A DNA stretch of 37,329 bases, taken from contig CAXGMD010000028.1 in the NCBI GenBank assembly GCA_964010765.1, forward strand, positions 1 through 37,329, written 5' to 3'. Below the pieces are notes generated by a model, which searched no databases, had not been told where the DNA came from, and saw only the letters and a list, made by a program, of their open reading frames with translations. Below, piece by piece: positions 9,901 through 19,209 of the stretch. The stretch is from an uncultured bacterium. Lineage in GTDB: Bacteria > SAR324 > NAC60-12. Made by a program: the position numbers and the translations under genes. Numbering within the stretch: position 1 is the first letter of the stretch; each line of letters starts with the position of its first letter.

Positions 9901-11637
9901 TCAAAAAATATCCGGTTCGGCTGTCTCGCCAGGGGCTCCCTGAAGAAATCTGAAATCACAGCCTTCATCTGCCTGAGTAACCTGCTCCACGTACAGCGCT
10001 GCATAACCTCTGCGATGTTTCAAAGCCGGAGCCTGCCATTCCTGTCGACGTCTATCTAGCTCTTCATGTTCCACCAGTAAGTCAAGGCGTCTCTCGAACA
10101 CATCCAGCTCAATTAAATCACCGTCACGCACTAAGCCGAGTGGTCCACCCAGCGCTGCTTCCGGAGCTACATGTAAAACGCAGGCACCATAGCTGGTTCC
10201 ACTCATTCGTGCATCTGAAATTCTCAAAATATCTCTGATTCCTTGTTGCAATAATTTTTTGGGTACTGGGAGCTGCCCCCACTCTGGCATCCCTGGAGCA
10301 CCTACTGGTCCAGCATTTTGAAGAACAAGTACAGAATCAGCAGTCACTGACAAATCATCACGGTCCACCCGAGCCTTCAGATCTCTGATGTCTTTGAAAA
10401 CGATGGCTGGCCCACGATGCTTCAGTAGTCTATCTTCAGCAGCTGAAGGCTTGATGACCGCTCCCTTTGGAGCAAGGGAACCACGCAGAACAGCTGTGCC
10501 GCCAGCAGGCTTTACTGGATTCTCTAGAGGACGAATGACATCATCATGATAAATTTCCGCGCCTTTTAGATTTTCTCCGAGGGTTCGGCCATTGATTGTC
10601 TTCGCGTTCAACTTCAGTCTATCTTTCAATTGCTGCATCAACGCCCGCAGGCCCCCTGCAAAATAGAAATCTTCCATCACGTATTGGCCTGATGGTTTCA
10701 CATTGGCAAGCAACGGAATTCCCTGAGAAATCTTATCAAAACGCTCAAGATCAAGAGTTATTCCGGCTCTGCGAGCCATTGCCAAAAGATGGATGATTCC
10801 ATTAGTGGAGCCTCCGATTGCCATCTGAACCATTATCGCATTGGCAAAGGAATCATCACTTATGATATCTGTTGGTTTGAGATCCTCCCAAACCATGTCT
10901 ACCGCACGACGCCCACTCCAAGAGGCCATGCGATTGTGATTCGAATCAACCGCAGGAATTGAAGACGCTCCTGGCATACTCAATCCGAGCGCTTCTGCCA
11001 ATGACATCATCGTGGCAGCTGTCCCCATGGTCATGCAGGTTCCTGGTGAGCGGGCTATACCATCTTCAATTTCTTCCCAACTCTCAGAATCTAATTCCCC
11101 TGCGCGACGCTGATCCCAATACTTCCAAACATCAGTCCCGCTACCTAGTGTCTCTCCTCGCCAATTTCCACGAAGCATGGCCCCTCCAGGGACATACACA
11201 AATGGCAAATTCATACTGAGAGCACCCATCAGCACACCAGGAGTGGTTTTGTCACACCCACCCAACAACACGGCTCCATCGACTGGATAGCCTCGTAAAA
11301 CTTCTTCCACTTCCATCGCAAGCAGATTTCGATACATCATCGCAGTTGGTTTGAGCAATTGCTCACCCAATGAGAGCACTGGCAGTTCAACTGCAAAGCC
11401 GCCTGCCTGGTAAATTCCTCTTTTGATGTCTTGAACCCGCTGCGGGAAGTGAGTGTGGCAGGTGTTCATCTCATTCCAGGGATTGATGATCGCAATCACT
11501 GGTTTGCCAAGAAACTCGTCTCGGTGGAATCCCATCTGCTTTGTACGTGAACGATGTCCGAAGCTTCGGAGATCATCGGGTGCATACCAACGTGCACTTC
11601 TCAATTCATCTGGGTTTCGTCGAGAGGAAGTTGTCAT
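9901..11637 (-). CDS. IlvD/Edd-family [2Fe-2S] sugar-acid dehydratase (L-arabinonate dehydratase-like)
   Basis: Cys ligands in NTCH, GGCDKT and GTCMTMGT; motifs GGSTN, PGMPE and SDARMSGT; N-terminal LRSARWY typical of sugar-acid members. Confidence 0.9.
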   Translation of the reverse strand: MTTSSRRNPDELRSARWYAPDDLRSFGHRSRTKQMGFHRDEFLGKPVIAIINPWNEMNTCHTHFPQRVQDIKRGIYQAGGFAVELPVLSLGEQLLKPTAMMYRNLLAMEVEEVLRGYPVDGAVLLGGCDKTTPGVLMGALSMNLPFVYVPGGAMLRGNWRGETLGSGTDVWKYWDQRRAGELDSESWEEIEDGIARSPGTCMTMGTAATMMSLAEALGLSMPGASSIPAVDSNHNRMASWSGRRAVDMVWEDLKPTDIISDDSFANAIMVQMAIGGSTNGIIHLLAMARRAGITLDLERFDKISQGIPLLANVKPSGQYVMEDFYFAGGLRALMQQLKDRLKLNAKTINGRTLGENLKGAEIYHDDVIRPLENPVKPAGGTAVLRGSLAPKGAVIKPSAAEDRLLKHRGPAIVFKDIRDLKARVDRDDLSVTADSVLVLQNAGPVGAPGMPEWGQLPVPKKLLQQGIRDILRISDARMSGTSYGACVLHVAPEAALGGPLGLVRDGDLIELDVFERRLDLLVEHEELDRRRQEWQAPALKHRRGYAALYVEQVTQADEGCDFRFLQGAPGETAEPDIF

Positions 11638-11705
11638 CAAAAAAAACCAATTAGGGGGTTTTGCAAAAATATTTGATTTGAATCTTATGTGAATTTAGTT
11701 CGCCA

Positions 11706-11734
11706 AATATATTTGACTTGTTCTCCAATGGCAA
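11706..11734 (-). promoter_or_regulatory. putative sigma70 promoter of the leftward dehydratase-iolG-ABC operon
   Basis: Minus strand reads TTGCCA (11734-11729), 17-nt spacer, TATATT (11711-11706). Confidence 0.5.
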
Positions 11735-11741
11735 ATAAATT
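11713..11741 (+). promoter_or_regulatory. putative sigma70 promoter of iolC-iolB-iolA
   Basis: TTGACT (11713-11718), 17-nt spacer, TAAATT (11736-11741). An alternative is TTGAGA-N18-TATCCT with extended TG at 11755-11784. Confidence 0.45.
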
Positions 11742-11751
11742 CAAAAAAATA

Positions 11752-11776
11752 ATTTTGAGAAAAAATTTTCCAAAAT
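11752..11776. promoter_or_regulatory. putative IolR (RpiR-family) operator
   Basis: Near-palindrome ATTTTGAGAAAAAATTTTCCAAAAT. Core AGAA-N6-TTCC (11758-11771) is one mismatch from the alphaproteobacterial IolR box GGAA-N6-TTCC. Confidence 0.6.
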
Positions 11777-11889
11777 GTTATCCTCAATGGGTTCAAGGTA
11801 GCTAGTCACACGCTTTCTTTTCCTCCCGGAAAGTTGCGTTGCTGGTCTACCTTGAGCTCCGCTCTTCCTCCGAAAAGAACCTCGAGAAG

Positions 11890-13818
11890 ATGTCCAATTT
11901 GAATCGACCAATGGATGCCAATCGTCCCTTTGATCTTGTTTGCATGGGGCGTGTGGCCGTTGACCTCTATGCTGAACAAATTCATAGCCCTCTCGAAAAT
12001 GCGCAGAGCTTCCGTAAGTACCTAGGTGGTTGTGCGGGCAACATTGCTGTGGGCACCTCGCGTCTGGGATTAAAATCCGCGATGTTTTCCTGTACTGGCA
12101 CGGACGCGATGGGGGAATTTCTGCGCCAGCAACTTCACCACGAAGGCGTAGACACTACCCTATTGCGTGACACATCTCAGCATCTGACAGCTCTCGTTCT
12201 GTTGGGAGTCAGCCCACCAGATCGCTTCCCGCTCATCTTCTACAGAGAAAACTGCGCAGACATGCAGATCCGACCTGAAGATGCTGATCCTGCCTTCCTG
12301 AAAAAATGCAAGGCACTACTATTCACAGGCACTGGGCTTTCCAGTCCGTCCATGAAAGAAGCAACTCTAGCTGCCATCAAGACTGCTAAGGAGCAAGGCT
12401 GTGCTGTTGTTCTCGACATCGACTATCGACCTGTTCTATGGGGATTGACAGCAGCTGGTGACGGCGAATCACGTTTTGTTGCATCAGAAGCTGTCACGAG
12501 AGAATTGCAGCCGTTGATTAAGGACTTAGATCTGATCATCGGGACTGAAGAAGAAGTAATGATCGCTGGCGGCTCTGAGACCCTGGAAGAAGCCCTTCAA
12601 GTAATCCGTGAATCTTCACGGGCTACCGTAGTGCTGAAGCGAGGAGAAAAGGGCTGTGAAGTCTTTGAACCTGGTAGTCAGCAAAGTCGAACAGCCAGAC
12701 CATTTCCCATCAAGGTGCTGAATGTTCTGGGAGCAGGAGATGCCTTTGCCTCTGGATTTTTACGCGGATGGTTACGAGGAGAATCCTTGGAAACCTGCGC
12801 ACTTTGGGGCAACGCCAACGGGGCACTGACTGTCACCCGCCATGGTTGTGCTCCTTCGATGGCTTCTTTTGAAGAACTACAGTACTTGATAGAAAATTTT
12901 GATGCAGATCCAAATATTCTAACCAACCCACACCTGTTACGTCTTCATCAGCGAACAATCCTCGGAAAACCGAGAAATTTTCCATTACAAGTGCTGGCTT
13001 TTGATCATCGCACCCAATTTGAAGAATCCTGTAAACAGCACAATCAGCCAATCAGCAAAATTGCTGAATTCAAAAGATTGGTGTTCGAGGGATTCAAAAA
13101 AGTGGCTGCGGAGAAAACATCACTACCTCTCGCGCTGCTGGTTGATCCACAATATGGAGCAGATATTTTACAGGATTCAGCCTACGCGTCGTATGCAGTC
13201 GGAGCTCCAATTGAGCAAGCAGGCTCTTTTCCCGTAGAGTGGCTATGTGGGGAAGAACTGCACGAGCACCTGCTTGGGCGCCCATCTGAATGGTTCGTCA
13301 AGGTCCTTTGGCACTTCCATCCTGCTCTTGATGCCAATGAAAAACAGCGACAACTCATCCAATTGAAAAGACTGGAAACGATCTGTCAATTGCTGGATCG
13401 ACGCCTGATGCTAGAGCTGATACTTCCTACAAATCTCTCCCAGGATGGAGCAGCGCTCGCAGCCGCGGTTGAAGAGGTTTATGAAGCTCAGATCACACCT
13501 TTTTGGTGGAAGGTGATGGCCCTTGATGATGAATCAGAGTGGCAGAAAGTCACGAATGCCCTTGATCGGCATGACACCGAGGCTGGCGTGATTGTTCTTG
13601 GGAAAAACGCTCCGCTGGAAACTTTCCCAAGCTGGTTCAAGACCTTGCGATCCACTCCCCACACCTGTGGATTTGCCATAGGGCGTTCCATCTTCTGGGG
13701 ACCTTGGGAAAGCTACATCAATGGCTCCTTGACCTCTGAGGAGATCCCTTCCATTATCGAAAAGAATTACAAAACTGTTCTCAGGATGTGGGAAGAAGCT
13801 GCGCCTGCGTCATTATGA
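11890..13818 (+). CDS. iolC: 5-dehydro-2-deoxygluconokinase fused to C-terminal DUF2090 (aldolase-like) domain
   Basis: PfkB domain motifs GRVAVDLY, FYRENCAD, LDIDYRP and VLNVLGAGDAF; DUF2090 motifs LAFDHR, WWKV and GFAIGRSIF. Start set at ATG 11890. Confidence 0.92.
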   Translation: MSNLNRPMDANRPFDLVCMGRVAVDLYAEQIHSPLENAQSFRKYLGGCAGNIAVGTSRLGLKSAMFSCTGTDAMGEFLRQQLHHEGVDTTLLRDTSQHLTALVLLGVSPPDRFPLIFYRENCADMQIRPEDADPAFLKKCKALLFTGTGLSSPSMKEATLAAIKTAKEQGCAVVLDIDYRPVLWGLTAAGDGESRFVASEAVTRELQPLIKDLDLIIGTEEEVMIAGGSETLEEALQVIRESSRATVVLKRGEKGCEVFEPGSQQSRTARPFPIKVLNVLGAGDAFASGFLRGWLRGESLETCALWGNANGALTVTRHGCAPSMASFEELQYLIENFDADPNILTNPHLLRLHQRTILGKPRNFPLQVLAFDHRTQFEESCKQHNQPISKIAEFKRLVFEGFKKVAAEKTSLPLALLVDPQYGADILQDSAYASYAVGAPIEQAGSFPVEWLCGEELHEHLLGRPSEWFVKVLWHFHPALDANEKQRQLIQLKRLETICQLLDRRLMLELILPTNLSQDGAALAAAVEEVYEAQITPFWWKVMALDDESEWQKVTNALDRHDTEAGVIVLGKNAPLETFPSWFKTLRSTPHTCGFAIGRSIFWGPWESYINGSLTSEEIPSIIEKNYKTVLRMWEEAAPASL

Positions 13819-13872
13819 GAATTTAAGTAAATGAATTGGTACACCCAAACCACCGCAATGCATTAGAGGAAT

Positions 13873-14676
13873 ATGTCAACTCTACTCAGTCGCCATCAGG
13901 AACCTGATAACACCGGACTAGTTCAAAGCATCACGCCAGAACGTGCCCAATGGAAACACGTTGGCTTTGATGTCTATCATCTGCAAACCGGCCAATCATT
14001 AAAGCAAGACACAGGAAACCAGGAGGTCTGCTTGGTACTTGTTACAGGACGGGCTGATATCAAAACTAAACAGGAAGCTTGGAAAGACCTAGGAGACAGG
14101 ATGAGTGTTTTTGAGGACAAGGCCCCTCACGCTGTCTATGTACCTCACTCCGATACTTTCAAAGTAAAGGCAACCACAAATCTAGAACTCGCAGTGTGTC
14201 GTGCTCCAGGATTTGGTGACCATGCAGCACGCTTGATTCCCCCAGAATCCATGGGCCGTGAGACACGTGGACAAGGCACTAACACAAGGCACGTCTGCAA
14301 CATCCTACCTCAGACGGAACCTGCGGATAGCCTCTTGGTTGTTGAAGTGATAACCCCCAACGGCTCCTGGTCAAGCTACCCGCCACACAAACATGACACT
14401 GATAACATGCCCAGTGAATCTCAACTGGAAGAAATCTACTACCATCGACTACAACCATCTCAGGGCTTCGCCTTCCAGAGAGTCTACACAGATGATCGAT
14501 CATTGGATGAAACAATGGTCGTTCATGATGGAGATGTCGTGATGGTGCCTCGTGGCTATCACCCAGCCGGAGCACCACACGGTTACGACCTTTATTACCT
14601 GAACGTGATGGCTGGCCCAAGCCGTGTCTGGAAATTTAAAAATGATCCTGCTCACGAATGGATTGTTCAACAATGA
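13873..14676 (+). CDS. iolB: 5-deoxy-glucuronate isomerase
   Basis: Motifs WSSYPPHKHD, LEEIYYHR, VPRGYHP and YYLNVMAGP; GAGGA RBS. Confidence 0.95.
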   Translation: MSTLLSRHQEPDNTGLVQSITPERAQWKHVGFDVYHLQTGQSLKQDTGNQEVCLVLVTGRADIKTKQEAWKDLGDRMSVFEDKAPHAVYVPHSDTFKVKATTNLELAVCRAPGFGDHAARLIPPESMGRETRGQGTNTRHVCNILPQTEPADSLLVVEVITPNGSWSSYPPHKHDTDNMPSESQLEEIYYHRLQPSQGFAFQRVYTDDRSLDETMVVHDGDVVMVPRGYHPAGAPHGYDLYYLNVMAGPSRVWKFKNDPAHEWIVQQ

Positions 14677-14712
14677 GTATCCTTCGCCAATTGAATTGAG
14701 AGAAGAAAGAAA

Positions 14713-16212
14713 ATGTCTGCAACACTGATCCAAAACTTCATCGCTGGAAAACTTAGTCATCCAGCAAACGCTGCCAGACTTTCTGTGACCAATCCTGCTA
14801 CGGGAGAAGTTACAGGAGAAGTTGCACTCTCCAGTGCTGCTGAAGTTGACCAGGCCGTCCAAGCTGCGAAAACAGCTGCGGTTAAATGGGGGACGACTCC
14901 TCCTCTGAGACGCGCCCGATTGATGTTCCGCTTTTTGGAACTGCTCCAGCAAAATCATGACAAGCTGGCTGAAGCGATCACGAAAGAACATGGGAAAACC
15001 TTCGAAGATGCAAAAGGGGAAGTTCAGAGGGGAATTGAGGTAGTTGAATTCGCCTGTGGTATTCCACATCTACTGAAGGGCTCATTCAGTGAACAGGTCG
15101 CCAATGCGGTCGATGCATACTCTTTTCGACAACCACTTGGAGTTGTTGCCGGTATTACCCCCTTCAACTTTCCGGTCATGGTGCCGATGTGGATGTATCC
15201 GATGGCAATTGCCTGCGGGAATTCCTTCGTTTTGAAACCATCGGAGAAAGATCCAAGTGCTTCCTTGTTGATGGCCGAATTACTTCAGCAAGCAGGCTTG
15301 CCTGATGGTGTCTTCAATGTAGTGCAGGGTAGCCGTGAAGCAGTAGAAGCCTTGTTGGATCATCCAGATATCGCTGCGATCAGCTTTGTCGGTTCAACCC
15401 CAATTGCTCGGGCAATTTATCAGCGCGGAACAGCTCACGACAAAAGAGTCCAGGCTCTTGGGGGTGCCAAGAATCATATGATCATCATGCCGGATGCAGA
15501 TCTGGATCAGGCGGCCAGTGCTCTAATGGGAGCCGGTTATGGAAGTGCGGGTGAGCGCTGCATGGCGATCTCTGTTGCCGTACCCGTTGGGGAAGAAACA
15601 GCGAACGCTTTGATGGAGCGATTGATTCCCCAAGTCAAGGCTCTCAAAATTGGCAACGGCATGGAACCAGGCCAGGATATGGGCCCTCTGGTTACCCGTG
15701 AGCATCGTGATAAGGTTTCAGCCTACGTGGATAGTGGTGTGGAGCAGGGAGCAAAACTGCTAGTGGACGGTCGCGGCTACAAGGTGGCAGGCCATGAAAA
15801 TGGATTTTTCATCGGAGGTTGCCTGTTTGATCAAGTCACCCCCGAGATGGAGATTTACAAGAACGAGATCTTCGGTCCTGTTCTCTCAACGGTACGTGTC
15901 CCAACTTACGAAGCTGCAGTAAAGTTGGTTCACAACAATCCCTATGGAAATGGAATCGCAATCTTCACACGCGATGGTGATACAGCACGCGATTTTGTCA
16001 GCAAGATCGAGGTCGGTATGGTGGGTGTGAACGTCCCAATTCCGGTACCAGTTGCATTCCACAGCTTCGGTGGATGGAAACAATCCTTGTTCGGTGATCA
16101 CGATATTTATGGACCAGAATCGATCAATTTCTACACCCGCCTCAAAGCTGTCACTTCTCGATGGCCAACAGGAATCAAGGAAGGTGCGAAATTCAACTTT
16201 CCTACGCTCTGA
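14713..16212 (+). CDS. iolA: CoA-acylating (methyl)malonate-semialdehyde dehydrogenase
   Basis: Motifs ITPFNFP, LKPSEKDP, LGGAKNH, GSAGERCMA and VGVNVPIPVP (MmsA/IolA signature). Confidence 0.93.
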   Translation: MSATLIQNFIAGKLSHPANAARLSVTNPATGEVTGEVALSSAAEVDQAVQAAKTAAVKWGTTPPLRRARLMFRFLELLQQNHDKLAEAITKEHGKTFEDAKGEVQRGIEVVEFACGIPHLLKGSFSEQVANAVDAYSFRQPLGVVAGITPFNFPVMVPMWMYPMAIACGNSFVLKPSEKDPSASLLMAELLQQAGLPDGVFNVVQGSREAVEALLDHPDIAAISFVGSTPIARAIYQRGTAHDKRVQALGGAKNHMIIMPDADLDQAASALMGAGYGSAGERCMAISVAVPVGEETANALMERLIPQVKALKIGNGMEPGQDMGPLVTREHRDKVSAYVDSGVEQGAKLLVDGRGYKVAGHENGFFIGGCLFDQVTPEMEIYKNEIFGPVLSTVRVPTYEAAVKLVHNNPYGNGIAIFTRDGDTARDFVSKIEVGMVGVNVPIPVPVAFHSFGGWKQSLFGDHDIYGPESINFYTRLKAVTSRWPTGIKEGAKFNFPTL

Positions 16213-16296
16213 ATTGAAAACTGGTTGAGTCAAGAAGTTTCCTAGAAAAGAATCTTGGCTCAGAGAAACTAAAAATTAATTCTCTAATTTGAAAAA

Positions 16297-16312
16297 TAGA
16301 AATTAATTTCTA
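16297..16312. promoter_or_regulatory. putative IolR operator upstream of the aldolase/2-hydroxyacid dehydrogenase pair
   Basis: Perfect 16-bp palindrome TAGAAATTAATTTCTA (core AGAA-N6-TTCT), next to a candidate TTGCTC-N17-TATTTT promoter (16319-16347). Confidence 0.55.
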
Positions 16313-16413
16313 AAAATCTTGCTCTCTATCAATTCAGATAATATTTTAGTGTCGAACATGCTTCATTTATGTTCGGCCCAGTCTAACTTTCATCAACTAA
16401 ACATTGAGGCCCA

Positions 16414-17205
16414 ATGCGTCCAAATCCACTAATGAAAATGCTCAAGGAAGACCGAGCTATCGTGAATGGGTGGCTAGCGATTCCAAATTCTTTCTCTACA
16501 GAGGTGATGGCGCACCAAGGATGGGATTCACTGACAGTCGATATGCAACATGGTGTCTCCGACTATCAGAATGCAGTAACGATGTTCCAGGCGATCTGCA
16601 CGACGAGCACAGCGCCATTGACCAGGGTCCCTTGGTTGGAAGAGGGGATCATCATGCGCATGTTAGATGCGGGAGCCTACGGAGTGATTTGTCCAATGAT
16701 CAACAAGGCGTCTGATGCAGAACGCTTTGCGCAGGCCTGTTACTATCCACCCCTTGGACAACGCAGCTTTGGGCCCATCAGGGCTCTCTTCAGTTTGGGA
16801 GCAGACTACCCGTCTCACGCCAATGATGAGATTCTTCCGATCGCTATGATTGAAACCAAGGAAGCACTGGATAACCTTGATGATATCCTCAAGGTAGAAG
16901 GGATTCGCATGGTCTACATTGGTCCCTCAGATCTTGGAAACTCCCTTGGAAGAGTCCCAACTTTTGACCAGGAAGATCCGGTCGTTGTAGAAGCGATTGA
17001 TATGATTCTTCGAAAAGCCACCGAGCATGGCGTAGCAGCCGGTATTCACAACGGAACACCGGAGTATGCTCTACGAATGATTGAAAAGGGGTTCCGCTTC
17101 GTGACGATTGGTTCTGATTCAAGGCTCATGGCTCTAGCTGCTAAGGGGGTTCTCACAAAGATGCGAGAGGATATGCCAAAAGCTCCTAGCTCTAGTTCTT
17201 ACTGA
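16414..17205 (+). CDS. HpcH/HpaI-family metal-dependent (class II) pyruvate aldolase
   Basis: Motifs DMQHG, TRVP (Arg), LDAGAYGVICPM, YPPLGQRS, MIET (Glu) and GPSDL (Asp). Confidence 0.88.
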   Translation: MRPNPLMKMLKEDRAIVNGWLAIPNSFSTEVMAHQGWDSLTVDMQHGVSDYQNAVTMFQAICTTSTAPLTRVPWLEEGIIMRMLDAGAYGVICPMINKASDAERFAQACYYPPLGQRSFGPIRALFSLGADYPSHANDEILPIAMIETKEALDNLDDILKVEGIRMVYIGPSDLGNSLGRVPTFDQEDPVVVEAIDMILRKATEHGVAAGIHNGTPEYALRMIEKGFRFVTIGSDSRLMALAAKGVLTKMREDMPKAPSSSSY

Positions 17206-17207
17206 TT

Positions 17208-18188
17208 ATGACGACCCCCCGTGGACACGTACTGCTGCTTGGTAAAATTCATGAAGACGCAATGCAGTTACTGCGATCCCATCACGAGTTAACCCACGAG
17301 GTCTTGGAGAAACCTGCTGAGGATGAAATCTTCAGCAGGTTAGCACAAGCGGATGCCTTGATCGTACGGACCGCTCAGTTGTCTGCAGAATTAATGGATA
17401 ACGCGCATCAACTGAAAATTGTGGCCCGTCATGGAGTGGGATATGACAATGTGCCTGTTGAGGTGCTTTCCAGAAAGAAAATCCCATTGGCAACCACTGG
17501 AAATGCAAATGCCATTACGGTTGCCGAACATGCGCTGTACTTGATACTCACTCTGGCAAAACGTGGGAGTGCCTTCGATCGGGCAATGAGAGAAGGTGAT
17601 TGGGAATCGCGTAATCGCCTTCAGGGCTCAGAGATATCTGGAAAGAATCTCTTGCTTGTGGGCTTTGGTCGGATCGGCAGAGAAGTGGCCAAACGTGCCT
17701 TAGCATTCGGAATGCGAGTTCACGTTTTTGATCCGTATGTGAATTCAGAGCAAGTTAGCGAGTCAGGAGCAACCCCGATCAGCAATCTTGAGGATTTTCT
17801 ACCTGATACAGATTTCCTAAGCCTTCATCTCCCATTCACTGCCCAAAATCGACATATTATCGGAGCGGCTGAGATCAAGGCTCTTCCAACTACAGCTTAC
17901 GTTATCAATACTGCACGTGGTGGGTTAATTGATGAAGAAGAACTTCTCAAAGCTCTCGACGCTGGAGAATTAGCTGGGGCAGGATTAGATTGCTTTGAGC
18001 AAGAACCTCCCCCACGTAACATGGAGTTATTTAGTTCTGACAAGGTCGTATTTAGTCCCCACAACGCCAGCTTAACAGCAGAATGTACCCGTCGGCTTGG
18101 ATTGGTCTGTGTTGAAAATGTGGTAGATGGCCTGACAGGGCGATTGCAGAGGGATCGTGTGGTTAATTGGGAGGCAGTTTACTCTTGA
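17208..18188 (+). CDS. D-isomer-specific 2-hydroxyacid dehydrogenase (SerA-like, no ACT domain)
   Basis: Motifs RHGVGYDNV, VAEHA, GFGRIG...VFDP (NAD-type), NTARG, FEQEP and SPHNA (Arg/Glu/His triad). Starts 2 nt after the aldolase stop. Confidence 0.88.
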   Translation: MTTPRGHVLLLGKIHEDAMQLLRSHHELTHEVLEKPAEDEIFSRLAQADALIVRTAQLSAELMDNAHQLKIVARHGVGYDNVPVEVLSRKKIPLATTGNANAITVAEHALYLILTLAKRGSAFDRAMREGDWESRNRLQGSEISGKNLLLVGFGRIGREVAKRALAFGMRVHVFDPYVNSEQVSESGATPISNLEDFLPDTDFLSLHLPFTAQNRHIIGAAEIKALPTTAYVINTARGGLIDEEELLKALDAGELAGAGLDCFEQEPPPRNMELFSSDKVVFSPHNASLTAECTRRLGLVCVENVVDGLTGRLQRDRVVNWEAVYS

Positions 18189-18203
18189 GATACCTGAAGG
18201 GGC

Positions 18204-19139
18204 TCAATTCTGCTCAAAATGATATGGCTTCGAGGGGGAGATTCTTTGCAAAACCTTGGGATCATTTGATCCCAGAAGGTCCTGTGGATTGAGTTCCTCC
18301 TGCGAACCTTCAATCTGGAATCGGCTGGCCATGCTGATAATGAGGCTTTGTGCGAGGCACATCGTAGCAGCTAATGAGTAACTGAATTTGTGGCCTGCAC
18401 CCGGTACGACAAGCGAGCAAGTAGCGTGTTTATGCAGCGGGCTCAGTTGACTATCCGTAAAAGCTAGAATGGGGATTTTCTTGCGGGCTGTTCCTTCCAC
18501 GATGTCTACAACTTCCCGCGCGTAGTAGCGGAAGGAAACTGCAACTAGCAGGGATTTCTCATTCATCAACTCTGCTTCCTCTGTGGCTAGTCCGCCAGAA
18601 CTATCGAGGAGCCGAACATTTTGTCGGAGATACAGTAACAAGTAACGAATGTAGTAGGCTACGGAGAGCGAACGCAATTGCCCCAAAACATAGATTGTGT
18701 CTGCTTCCTCTAATAACGAAACAGCCTTTTCCAGTACTTCAGGAGATATACTGTGCTTGAGGTCATTCAGAGCTGCAATGTCATTACTTACTAAGGATTG
18801 CAAGAATGAGGCGGTCGAATTGCTCGACTCCGCTGAGACCTCGTTACTGAATGATTCCAGGCGTTCTTTTGAACTGGCTGTGGAAATCAGGTGAGATTGA
18901 AAAACACGCTTCATTTCGCTGAAGCCATTGTAGCCCATGTGCTTTGCGAAACGTACCAAGGAGGAAGGTTGAACCCCAGCCTGGTCTGCAATCACTTTGA
19001 CGGATTCAACAGCCATCGCATTTGGGTTCTGAACCATAAAACGTGTAATACGCTGAAAACTTTTCTTCATCTTCGGAAACTGCTCGGTCACCTGCGTGAT
19101 CAACCGTTCATAGGTATCAGGTAGCGGGAGGTTCGTCAT
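18204..19139 (-). CDS. iolR: MurR/RpiR-family transcriptional regulator, probable inositol repressor
   Basis: N-terminal HTH (GVQPSSLVRFAKHMGYNGFSEM) and SIS domain (SFRYYARE, TDSQLSPL); divergent from iolD; AAGGA before ATG 19139. Confidence 0.82.
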   Translation of the reverse strand: MTNLPLPDTYERLITQVTEQFPKMKKSFQRITRFMVQNPNAMAVESVKVIADQAGVQPSSLVRFAKHMGYNGFSEMKRVFQSHLISTASSKERLESFSNEVSAESSNSTASFLQSLVSNDIAALNDLKHSISPEVLEKAVSLLEEADTIYVLGQLRSLSVAYYIRYLLLYLRQNVRLLDSSGGLATEEAELMNEKSLLVAVSFRYYAREVVDIVEGTARKKIPILAFTDSQLSPLHKHATCSLVVPGAGHKFSYSLAATMCLAQSLIISMASRFQIEGSQEELNPQDLLGSNDPKVLQRISPSKPYHFEQN

Positions 19140-19209
19140 CAGCATCCTTTGAAGATTGTTTTCATGTTGCTTTCAAATTTCTAAGCGAAGCAAATGAAAT
19201 TGAAGAAAA

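Noticed and set aside
9901..11637. Calling this gene ilvD or edd
   Set aside because: The N-terminal signature and context fit sugar-acid dehydratases; substrate not determinable.
11890..13818. Absence of iolJ and the IolC-DUF2090 fusion as a novelty
   Set aside because: This fusion replacing IolJ is common in proteobacterial iol clusters.
14279..15069. Antisense ORFs over iolB/iolA, and similar shadow ORFs across the window
   Set aside because: They overlap well-supported genes and have no family motifs; expected antisense openness.
16353..16375. CGAAC...GTTCG as a LexA (Cheo) box
   Set aside because: Spacer is 13 nt rather than 4; more likely a small leader hairpin.
17208..18188. Calling this gene serA
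   Set aside because: No ACT domain and a catabolic context; only the family can be supported.
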